A DNA stretch of 64,000 nucleotides from an uncultured Methanosarcinales archaeon. Its GTDB lineage: Archaea > Nanobdellota > Nanobdellia > Woesearchaeales > JACJVV01. Position numbers and translations under genes: made by a program. Of this stretch, positions 19,408 through 27,941 are shown one piece after another; position 1 is the stretch's first letter, and the number at the start of each line of letters is the position of its first letter. The stretch is from NCBI GenBank assembly GCA_964581515.1, contig CAZOOV010000008.1:24570-88569 (forward strand), in the 5' to 3' direction. A model generated the notes under the pieces. It was given only the letters and a program-made list of their open reading frames with translations, was not told the origin of the DNA and did not search any database.

Positions 19408-19500
19408 TTGTAAAAAGTCTGCTGGCACGGCGCTACTATAATCCCAAAATAAACATTTAGGGATTATCGCCTCATCAGGCAAAGCTGACTTTTTATCCAT
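19408..19500. other. GC-rich nested stem-loop element in intergenic region (possible small structured RNA or terminator)
   Basis: Outer arms aaaagtc/gactttt, inner hairpin tataatccc...gggattat; a TGATGA (C-box-like) on minus strand. The terminal motif I could find is CAGA, not the canonical CUGA D box. Confidence 0.3.
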
Positions 19501-19543
19501 TATTATTAGTAAACAATAAAAATATGAAGGTGATTCTTGTATT

Positions 19544-20347
19544 ATGTTATACATGATTGGGCTTGGACTGGGTAATGAGAAAGATATTAGTATCAATGCT
19601 CTTGAAGCAGTGAAGAAATGTAATAAAGTGTATTTAGAATCATATACTTCAATACTTCAGACTTCTGTTGAGAATATGGAAAAGTTTTATGGTAAGGATA
19701 TTATCATTGCAAATAGGGAATTGGTTGAAAAGAAGGCAGAAGAGACCATACTTAAGGATGCATCTGAAGGTGATACTGCATTTTTGATAATCGGTGACGT
19801 ATTTGGTGCTACTACTCATGTAGATCTTGCTCTTAGAGCGAAGAAAGCAGGTATTGAAATAAAATATTTCAATAATGCATCTATCATGAATGCGATTGGA
19901 GTCTCTGGTTTGGAACTTTATAAATTTGGGAAAACTACATCAATGGTATTCTTTGAAGATAATTGGAAGCCAACAACTGCATATGATGTTGTTGAGATGA
20001 ATAAAAAAAATGGTATGCATACTTTAGTGCTTCTTGATATCAAGACTGCTGAGTCTTCAAAAGAAGATATATTGAAAGGAAATGATAAACCGCTTCCTCC
20101 TAGATTTATGACAGTTAATGATTGTCTGAAACAGTTTATTGAAATTGAAAAAGAGAAGAAAAAAGGGTTATTTGATGAGAATACTATTGTTGTAGGATGT
20201 GCAAGAATAGGAAGTGATGATTTCATTGTTAAATCTGGAACTGTTAAAGAACTTACTTCGTTTGATTTTGGAGGACCTTTGCACTGCGTAATTGTTCCAG
20301 GAGATTTGCATTTTATGGAAGAAGAATTCTTGAATTCGTATAATTGA
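19544..20347 (+). CDS. dph5: diphthine synthase (Dph5)
   Basis: MLYMIGLGLGNEKDISINALEAV..., a tetrapyrrole-methylase-like fold typical of Dph5; 267 aa. Confidence 0.85.
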   Translation: MLYMIGLGLGNEKDISINALEAVKKCNKVYLESYTSILQTSVENMEKFYGKDIIIANRELVEKKAEETILKDASEGDTAFLIIGDVFGATTHVDLALRAKKAGIEIKYFNNASIMNAIGVSGLELYKFGKTTSMVFFEDNWKPTTAYDVVEMNKKNGMHTLVLLDIKTAESSKEDILKGNDKPLPPRFMTVNDCLKQFIEIEKEKKKGLFDENTIVVGCARIGSDDFIVKSGTVKELTSFDFGGPLHCVIVPGDLHFMEEEFLNSYN

Positions 20348-20415
20348 GTAGTGTATTACTACTTATCAGTACTAAAAGATAGAAACCTTTATAAACTCAT
20401 ATTCATTAATGTGGT

Positions 20416-20877
20416 TTGGTGGTACTTATGAGTGATATGGACAAATTAGAGTCAAATATTTATGCATCATTTAGTAGAGTTAAGTCAGATATTCTAAAGT
20501 TAAGCGGTGAAATCACAAAAATAAGCGAAGCTATGACTAAACTTGCTGAAGAACAAGGTGACATGAAAGAAAATATAGGCGAGATGGCAAAAAAAGTTGC
20601 AGTCTTCAACAGTTGTATGAGACAACTTGATAAGGTTGCAGATAAAGCAACATCTAGTCCTAAGACAAAAACAGTTGTTGTCGAAAAGATTAAAGTAAAG
20701 AAAGTAGCTGCAAAACATAAGAAGAAGACATATGTCGCTTCAAAATCAGGCAAGAAATTCCATATGCCAGAATGTATCTTTGCAAAGAACATCAAACCTA
20801 AAAGCATGGTTAAGTTCAAGAGCAAGAATGCAATGCTGAATAAAGGATACAAGCCATGTGTTTGCGTTCAGAAGTAA
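20416..20877 (+). CDS. coiled-coil protein with C-terminal Ada-like zinc-binding domain
   Basis: C-terminus FHMPECIFAKNIKPKSMVKFKSKNAMLNKGYKPCVCV matches the Ada metal-binding pattern (H-x-P-x-C ... A...GY[KR]PC.xC). Confidence 0.45.
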   Translation: MVVLMSDMDKLESNIYASFSRVKSDILKLSGEITKISEAMTKLAEEQGDMKENIGEMAKKVAVFNSCMRQLDKVADKATSSPKTKTVVVEKIKVKKVAAKHKKKTYVASKSGKKFHMPECIFAKNIKPKSMVKFKSKNAMLNKGYKPCVCVQK

Positions 20878-20928
20878 TTATTCTTTTTATTATCTTTATT
20901 TTTTTAATATTTTTTAATTTTATTTTTG

Positions 20929-22485
20929 TTAATTTATGAAGCCTTCTATAACCATCTTTTCTGCATATTTTGCAGGTTCTTTTATTGCTTCTTGTGTGAT
21001 TCTTATGTGGGATTGCATTTTAAATCCTACATCAATTAAGTCTTCTATATGACATGTTGTAGTTCCTTGTATGATACTTCTTACTTCCATTGAATTATTA
21101 AGCATAGTTTCATTAATTAGTTCTGTTGATGCTTGTGGGTCTATACTTAATTTTACTTTATATTGACTTTCAAATTCTCTACAGAAATCACGTAAATCTT
21201 GTTGCATAGTATATATTCTTTCTTTTACCTTTTCTGGTTCAAGCAAGAAATGTATTCCATATGATGCTGCTGCTCTTCTGAATCTTTTTGCTATATCAAT
21301 TTTTTTTAATTCTCCCATATATACACCAACTCTAGTTTCATATTTCTTTCTTACAAAATCTTTTTGATTAGTATAAGTTATTACTTTTTCTGGTTCTTCA
21401 CTTCTTAGTTTTGGTGGATTTTGTTCTAAATAGTAATTTAATGTTTTTTGTGGGTCTTGGACGAGTTCAGGAGTTACCAAGAGTTCTCTACAACTCATTG
21501 AAGGCATACTATAAAGGAAAGGATATAATGCGTTATCAATCACTTCATGCAGCCCTCTTGCACCCATTCTTAGATCAATTGCTTTTTGCGCTAATACACC
21601 TAATGCATCTTCTTCAAATTCTATATCAATCCCATATGCACCAAACTCCAGTTGTTTATTTTGGATGACAGGAGAATTTTTCATGCTAAGTATGCTACCC
21701 AATTGCTCAACATCTAATTCATCAAGTTCTGATATGAAACTTATCCTTCCTAAGAATTGACTGATGAAACCATAATTTTCTAAAGCTTTTTTTACAGGTA
21801 CTTTATCTGTAACTGCACCATAACCTAAACTCTTTTTTTCAGTCTGGAGTCCGTCAAATGCTCCGCTAAGAATAAAAAATATATCGCTTGTGTTTAATGT
21901 GACTTCTTCTACTTTTCGTTCTTCTCTATAATTTACATACATTTCAGTCCCTTGAAAAATTCTAAGTAATTCTTCTTGTACTGATTTTCCTGTGATATCT
22001 TTACCAAATCCATCTGATGACGCTGCAATCTTATCTATTTCATCCAAATAGACAATTCCTAATTGAGCAATAGCTGGTATCTGGTTTGCTCTATCAAATA
22101 ATTTCTGGAACATGCCTTCTGTACTTCTTCCAACATAACCTGCTTGTGTATATTGGGTAGAATCAGTGATGTAATACGGGACTTTTAGTAATTTTGTTGC
22201 AAGTTCAAGCATATAGGTCTTACCAGAACCTGTTGGACCCATGAATAAGAGAATTGGCTTTGGTAGATGGTCATTATCTATTCCCATCGCCTCTTTATAC
22301 TGTAATTTCTTGTAATGTGAACAGAGGGCTGTTGCAAGTGTAATTTTTGCTTCTTCTTGCCCTACAACAAATTGATCGAGATATAGTTTGAATTCCATGG
22401 GTCTTAAGTCAAATTCCATTAAGTTCATGAATTCTCTTGCCATGTATTTTCTATTCATTATACATGTTTTAAATATTTGTATCAA
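20929..22485 (-). CDS. ClpX/HslU-like AAA+ ATPase (no N-terminal zinc-binding domain; extra C-terminal ~150 aa)
   Basis: LYLDQFVVGQEEAKITLATALCSHYKKL, Walker A LLFMGPTGSGKTYM, Walker B LGIVYLDEIDKIAASS, and sensor GARGL match the ClpX-type unfoldase family. No ClpP or HslV gene adjacent. Confidence 0.7.
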   Translation of the reverse strand: MIQIFKTCIMNRKYMAREFMNLMEFDLRPMEFKLYLDQFVVGQEEAKITLATALCSHYKKLQYKEAMGIDNDHLPKPILLFMGPTGSGKTYMLELATKLLKVPYYITDSTQYTQAGYVGRSTEGMFQKLFDRANQIPAIAQLGIVYLDEIDKIAASSDGFGKDITGKSVQEELLRIFQGTEMYVNYREERKVEEVTLNTSDIFFILSGAFDGLQTEKKSLGYGAVTDKVPVKKALENYGFISQFLGRISFISELDELDVEQLGSILSMKNSPVIQNKQLEFGAYGIDIEFEEDALGVLAQKAIDLRMGARGLHEVIDNALYPFLYSMPSMSCRELLVTPELVQDPQKTLNYYLEQNPPKLRSEEPEKVITYTNQKDFVRKKYETRVGVYMGELKKIDIAKRFRRAAASYGIHFLLEPEKVKERIYTMQQDLRDFCREFESQYKVKLSIDPQASTELINETMLNNSMEVRSIIQGTTTCHIEDLIDVGFKMQSHIRITQEAIKEPAKYAEKMVIEGFIN

Positions 22486-22594
22486 CTAAAATATGTGTTT
22501 GAATTAGTAGTTTACTGATTATTTGATAAGATTAGAATTTAGATGTCATAAGCATTAAATTTTTAAATGGTTATTAAATTCTTGATTGTATTAT

Positions 22595-22761
22595 AGCCCC
22601 GTAGTGTAGTGGTCAATTAATGTTTATGCATTAGACCAATCATCCAGGATTTTGGAATGAGAACCTTTATTGTTTCTTATGAAAATGTCCTGGGACCTCG
22701 GTTCAAATATCAAAGTGGAGCGATGAAGCTCAAACTTTGTTTGAAAGTCCGGGCGGGGCTA
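22595..22761 (+). tRNA. intron-containing tRNA, my fold gives tRNA-Pro (anticodon UGG); at least two, probably three introns
   Basis: Acceptor stem AGCCCCG (22595-22601) pairs with CGGGGCU (22754-22760), discriminator A22761; U8 present. T-arm 5' strand CUCGG (22697-22701) and canonical T-loop UUCAAAU (22702-22708); the 3' strand CCGGG lies 40 nt away (22749-22753), implying an intron at 60/61. Anticodon stem AGGAU (22646-50) and loop UUUGGAA (22651-57), then a 29-nt insert and GUCCU (22687-91). D-arm region 22603-22645 is ~25 nt too long and did not fold for me. Confidence 0.55.
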
Positions 22762-22762
22762 T
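22747..22762 (+). repeat. attL: 16-nt gtccgggcggggctat, the 3' exon end of the tRNA
   Basis: Identical 16-mer recurs at 28974-28989; the 11-mer gggcggggcta recurs again at 29950-29960. Confidence 0.65.
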
Positions 22763-22825
22763 CTTCCTTTTTGAAAGGTTTTAGGGACAAGTTTTATATA
22801 TTGGTATTGTTTAGTTAGTTCTAAT

Positions 22826-24100
22826 TTGGTAGATTTGAAGCTGAAAAAGAAAAAAGAGAAGCAAAAAGAGCCTAAACCGATTAAAGGTATTTCTAAACAA
22901 AACTCTGATTTAATACTTCAATATTGTAGTGATATGGCTCAAGGAAAGAATGTTGCACCGACAAGTACTAAAGGTCCTAGAGCTAAAGATAGAGTTGGTT
23001 CTTTGAAAAGCAAAATGAAAAGAATGACTGAATTCATTGAAGAATTGTTTGGTGTTACTGATTTAAGAAATCTTACAGATGACTATGTTCTTGAATTGAT
23101 TAATGGTATGCGTACAGGTAAATATAGACAAGAAGATGGTAATAAATATGAGTCTGTAGATAGTTATGCAAAAACACTTGCTGCATTTTGGCATTGGTAT
23201 ATGCGTATTGAAAGGAAAAAAGATAATCATGTTCAAGATATTATGCTTGATGTTAAGAAAACAGGAGATAAAAAACCACCATGGGTTTATATGAATCAGG
23301 AAGAATTCAATAAATTTGTTAATAGATGTAAATGGGATTATAAGATATTATGCACCTTCATATATGATTCTGGTATTAGGTCACCCTGGGAATTGAAAAA
23401 TATTAAAGTTTCTGATATTACTTGGGATGAGAAAAATGAACGATATCAGTTATATATAAGAGATGAAGTATCAAAAACATTTGCTAGAAAGATTAAATTA
23501 ATGTTGTGTACTAAACTCTTAAAAGAATGGTTAGCAGAAAGAAATGGTAAGGAATTATTATTTGATTTAAATCCAGAAATAAATAATCAATATTTGAAAA
23601 GAGTTGCAGAAAGAATATGGGGAGAGAAAACAAGCAAAGGAAGAAAGAAATATAAGGATATTATAATGATGGACTTACGGCATAGTTCTGCTTGTTATTG
23701 GTTACCACGATATAAGTCTGAATCTAATTTAAAATATAGATTTGGTTGGAAAAAGTCTGATATGATACATTATTATTCAGAATTTTTAGGAATGACTGAT
23801 AATATTCAAGAAGAAGATTTACTTGTTGATGTGAGTGCAACTGAACTGCAAAATAAGTTTGAGGAAGAAAAGAATCAGAGATTACTTATGGAAGAAAATA
23901 TGCAACAGCAACAGAAAGAGTTTGAAGAATATAAAGAAGCTATGAATCCTATTTTAGAGAAACTAATGCAAGGTTTAGATGGTATGGAAATGGTTGGTAG
24001 ACAACCTAATGGTGCTGGTATATTTAGTAATGCTAAACAGAAGAATAAACCAAAGATAAGTAAGAAAGATGTTGAATTTGCTAAAGGTAGGAATAAATAA
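22826..24100 (+). CDS. int: tyrosine recombinase / integrase
   Basis: Box I-like SGIRSPWEL, HxxR-like MDLRHSSACYWL, and candidate catalytic Tyr in DMIHYYSEFLG. 64 nt from attL. Confidence 0.75.
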   Translation: MVDLKLKKKKEKQKEPKPIKGISKQNSDLILQYCSDMAQGKNVAPTSTKGPRAKDRVGSLKSKMKRMTEFIEELFGVTDLRNLTDDYVLELINGMRTGKYRQEDGNKYESVDSYAKTLAAFWHWYMRIERKKDNHVQDIMLDVKKTGDKKPPWVYMNQEEFNKFVNRCKWDYKILCTFIYDSGIRSPWELKNIKVSDITWDEKNERYQLYIRDEVSKTFARKIKLMLCTKLLKEWLAERNGKELLFDLNPEINNQYLKRVAERIWGEKTSKGRKKYKDIIMMDLRHSSACYWLPRYKSESNLKYRFGWKKSDMIHYYSEFLGMTDNIQEEDLLVDVSATELQNKFEEEKNQRLLMEENMQQQQKEFEEYKEAMNPILEKLMQGLDGMEMVGRQPNGAGIFSNAKQKNKPKISKKDVEFAKGRNK

Positions 24101-24136
24101 AAATGTTTATAGATTATAATATGCAAGAGATGTGTA

Positions 24137-25411
24137 ATGATGGATAAAAAGGGTCAAATAACTTTTTTTATAATTGTTGGAGTAATTTTCATATTATTAG
24201 TACTATTCTTTATTCTTTTCAATAATACTTCTTTTGAAGTGGACAATGTAAATAGCTTAGATACAGGTCAAATTCAATCTTATGTTACTTCTTGCATTGA
24301 AACAACAGCAGAAAAAGGAATTTATTTTATTTCATTGCAAGGTGGATATTATGAAACTTCAGTACCTTATCAACAATATGCTTTTATGGATATACCTATC
24401 TATTGGGATAGTCAGTCAAATATTCCTGATAAATATGTTATTGAACAAGAATTAATTAAGTATATCAAAGCAGAAGTAAACAACTGTCTGAATAATTTTA
24501 CTTTTTTAAAGAAACAAGGATATGATATAACAAATGGTTCTATTGTTGGTAATGCTGTTATAAATGACAATGGGATTGTATTGAACATTGAATATCCATT
24601 ACGTATAATATTTGGAGAGGAACAAGGTACAATTGATAGATTTAAAGCAACTATTGATTTTGATTTTCAGAGAATATATGGTATTGTAAATAAAATTATT
24701 ACAGAACAGATTAAGACGCCTAATGATATGCCATTAGGTTATATTTCTTATTTAGCTTTTGAAGAAAATTTTTTATTTGAGACCGTTAGTATAGAGAAAG
24801 ATGTTATACTTTTTGAATTAATATTTAATGATACTTATAATGGTCAACCTTTTATTTATGCTTTTGTAAGTAAGTATAATTGGTCAAATCTTGATTATGA
24901 TAATAGCTTATATGTTGAACCAATCCCATCATTTATCATTAATGAAAGTAGTACTTTTGAATATACAGTCAGAGCAAATGGAAGTAATGTTCAATATTCA
25001 GATTATACTGGTTTATTTGATATACATGAGAGTACAGGATTAATTATATTTAATACTGATAATGTACCTAATGGTGAACATAATATTTTGATTAAAGTAG
25101 TAGATGAAAATGGCAATGAGGGATATGCTTATATGCATTTGACCGTTGATATGCCTAATCAAAAACCAATTATTAATCCAATAGGTGATCTAACTGTAAA
25201 TGTTGCTGAAGAGTTTGTTTATACAGTTCAAGCATCAGACCCTTCAAATACATTTCTGACTTATCTTGATGATACTGGATTATTTAATATACATCCAATG
25301 ACAGGGAAAATAAAGTTTACACCTACATTAACTGGTAATTATTCAATAAAAATTACTGCTTTGAATGGAGAAGGTCATAGTTTTGAATACATGAGGTTAG
25401 AAGTAATATGA
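24137..25411 (+). CDS. element-encoded membrane-anchored protein with repeated Ig-like segments
   Basis: N-terminal TM (ITFFIIVGVIFILLVLFFILF). C-terminal half has two similar ~90-aa segments (FEYTVRANGSNVQYSDYTGLFDIHESTGLIIF and FVYTVQASDPSNTFLTYLDDTGLFNIHPMTGKIKF). Confidence 0.5.
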   Translation: MMDKKGQITFFIIVGVIFILLVLFFILFNNTSFEVDNVNSLDTGQIQSYVTSCIETTAEKGIYFISLQGGYYETSVPYQQYAFMDIPIYWDSQSNIPDKYVIEQELIKYIKAEVNNCLNNFTFLKKQGYDITNGSIVGNAVINDNGIVLNIEYPLRIIFGEEQGTIDRFKATIDFDFQRIYGIVNKIITEQIKTPNDMPLGYISYLAFEENFLFETVSIEKDVILFELIFNDTYNGQPFIYAFVSKYNWSNLDYDNSLYVEPIPSFIINESSTFEYTVRANGSNVQYSDYTGLFDIHESTGLIIFNTDNVPNGEHNILIKVVDENGNEGYAYMHLTVDMPNQKPIINPIGDLTVNVAEEFVYTVQASDPSNTFLTYLDDTGLFNIHPMTGKIKFTPTLTGNYSIKITALNGEGHSFEYMRLEVI

Positions 25412-27519
25412 GATTATCATATTTGTTGATACTGTTATTAGTTATTCCAGTAGTATTTGCACCATGTCCTCCAGGAGATAGTGGGGATAGTTGTGATTAC
25501 ACAAGTCAAGAAGATATAAATAAATTAGAAGGACAAGACCTTGTTACAGCAATTAATGAGGGTAAAATAACAGATCTTGATTTAGTGGATGATAATAGGC
25601 TTGCAGATGCTATTAGAACTGATCCTTCAATCTCAAATGATTTAGGGAATACTGACTTAGCTAGAGCAGTAAATCAAGATTTATCTCTAATGGATAATCC
25701 ATCTGTTATGGATGAGTTTGATTCAAGAGCACAATCCAATACGCATATACTAAATAATAATCCAAATATTAAGGAAAGGTGGTTTGCTGATAATGGAATA
25801 ACAGATGATGGAGCAGAGATTGAAAATTATGATGGTTCTATCGTTAGTACGAAAGGCAGTCAAGCAACTACATTTAATATTAATAATCATCCAGGAGCAA
25901 GAGTTACAAAAGATGGCAAGTTAGTATTGGTTGATGGAACAGAGATTGCTAATGCTGATGTAACTATTTTAGAAGATGGGAGTTTAAATATTGATGCTGG
26001 TAATACTGATTTGTCTGATTCTGACAGTGCAGATGTTCATGTGAATGCTGGAACTGTTCAGATAGATGATAAATTATATACCACCACAGATAGCTCTACA
26101 ATAAATGTAGCTATTAATAATGGTATAACAAAAATTACAGGTGAAAATATAATTGAATCTCAAGATGGCATAGTAACTGCTGCTTTTTCAGGTGAAATCT
26201 CACTATTTTCAGACGGACATATGGCTTTTGCTGCAAATACCGAATATAGTCAATATAGTAATGGAGAAAAATCTAAAACAGTTACTGTAAATGGTTTAAC
26301 TGAATTTTATACAAATGCAGGATGTGATGAAACAGTTAGTTGCATCCAATATGTTGATGGTAATATGAGAGTTATTGCAAAAGATGATAATAATATTGAT
26401 ATTAAGACGTTTGATGATTCAATAGAAAGATTAGTTGTTGATGGAATTAGTGATGAAAGTACAGTTGTTTTTAATGACAATGGAAATGTTGAGATGACTT
26501 TTTCTAATAATCCAGTTGTTGTTAAAGGTGAATTAACTCAACTGCAAACAGTAGTTGAAACGGATATTACTGTAAAAGAAGGAGTAGCAATCAAACAAAT
26601 ATATTCAAGTGATGGCGTAGAAGTAATCCCCATTAATCCCGATGGAGCTGATAGATTTGCTAATTCTATCTATTGGAAAAGAGTTAGTGAGGATGGAGAG
26701 TTTGTTGATTTGACTAGAGAAGAAGTGATTGAGCAATATGGTATTGACATTGTTTTTGGAGATGACATTGAAGTAAGTGAGGAAGTTCGACAAGCAGTTA
26801 TTAGTGATATTGTGAATTATTATGAAACTTTTCCTTCTCCTGATGATAAAGATGTTATAACTATTAAGATAGAAAGTAATAATGCACGAGGTTCAAGTTA
26901 TGATATACGGGATAATTCTATTAATTTAGTATTAAATGAAGATGGTTCTTTATGGGCAATAAGTGATGAAATAGGTAGTTTTGGAACAATAAGGCATGAA
27001 TTAGCTCATCTACATGAGGATCTTCGTTATCCTTCTTTGAGTAGAGCTAACATGGCGAGTCTTGGAGTGGAAGGAAGGTCTTATTTTGAAAGTGTTATAT
27101 TACAAACTCCATTTTTTCAAGAGTGGATGAATATACAAGGAATTGAATCAACTGCAGATTTAATTGCTAACCAGAATACCTTGACTACACTTAAACCATC
27201 AGATAATGAAGAGTATGGGAATGTAAGAGTTTGGAGTAATGAAGAATGTAATTCTCAAGATCCTTGTCATGGGTATATAAGACCTTATGGAACTGTTTTA
27301 ACTGAAGATTATAGTACTTATGTAGAAAGGATTACTGCTGATCCTACATTCTTTATGAGAAATAATTTAGTTGGTGATAATTCTGACCCACGTTACAGAC
27401 AAAAAATAGACCTTTTGCTTGAGCATAATTATATAACTCAATATGAATATGATGCAGTATTTTATCCTGAAAGGTATTTTACTGATGAAGAATTGCAACA
27501 ATTATTAGCTAACTCTTAA
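25408..27519 (+). CDS. element-encoded secreted protein with HExxH (zincin-like) motif
   Basis: Signal peptide (LLILLLVIPVVFAP); HELAHLHEDL at ~residue 530. Overlaps the upstream gene by 4 nt (ATGA). Confidence 0.5.
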   Translation: MRLSYLLILLLVIPVVFAPCPPGDSGDSCDYTSQEDINKLEGQDLVTAINEGKITDLDLVDDNRLADAIRTDPSISNDLGNTDLARAVNQDLSLMDNPSVMDEFDSRAQSNTHILNNNPNIKERWFADNGITDDGAEIENYDGSIVSTKGSQATTFNINNHPGARVTKDGKLVLVDGTEIANADVTILEDGSLNIDAGNTDLSDSDSADVHVNAGTVQIDDKLYTTTDSSTINVAINNGITKITGENIIESQDGIVTAAFSGEISLFSDGHMAFAANTEYSQYSNGEKSKTVTVNGLTEFYTNAGCDETVSCIQYVDGNMRVIAKDDNNIDIKTFDDSIERLVVDGISDESTVVFNDNGNVEMTFSNNPVVVKGELTQLQTVVETDITVKEGVAIKQIYSSDGVEVIPINPDGADRFANSIYWKRVSEDGEFVDLTREEVIEQYGIDIVFGDDIEVSEEVRQAVISDIVNYYETFPSPDDKDVITIKIESNNARGSSYDIRDNSINLVLNEDGSLWAISDEIGSFGTIRHELAHLHEDLRYPSLSRANMASLGVEGRSYFESVILQTPFFQEWMNIQGIESTADLIANQNTLTTLKPSDNEEYGNVRVWSNEECNSQDPCHGYIRPYGTVLTEDYSTYVERITADPTFFMRNNLVGDNSDPRYRQKIDLLLEHNYITQYEYDAVFYPERYFTDEELQQLLANS

Positions 27520-27941
27520 AACCTTTTAATTTTCTATCAGTTTCCATTTCTGGTATCCGATGGGTTGCGCCTAGAACAACCTCGCGGAACCGCCTTTTAA
27601 ATTTAGTAGTGAGGGAATACTTGGACTGAACTGCTAATTTAAATGGTTAGGTGAGCATAAATAATAGCGCAACTTATCGGAAATGGAAACGTACTGCTGC
27701 CACCACTATTACTTCTATCTGTTTCCAGAGTGGACAACGAAGGGTTTGCGCCTTAAATATTTTTGAAAATGCGTTAGCTATTTTCTTTTTAGAATTTTTT
27801 GATTAGTTACCTGTTTTGTTTTACACCATTTTACTATGTTTTACCCCTTATTGTGTAGTTTTGAGTACTGTTGTTACCGTCGAGGTTTAACACACTTTGT
27901 ACAAGTAGGGTATTTATTTATATAGAGTAAGTTATAACACT
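27520..27941. promoter_or_regulatory. structured non-coding region of the element, candidate replication origin and rep promoter
   Basis: GC-richer than flanks. Inverted repeat cagtttccatttctgg ... cggaaatggaaacg ~130 nt apart, a third copy ctgtttccagagtgg, and direct repeat gggtt(t)gcgcct. Lies directly upstream of rep. Confidence 0.35.
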
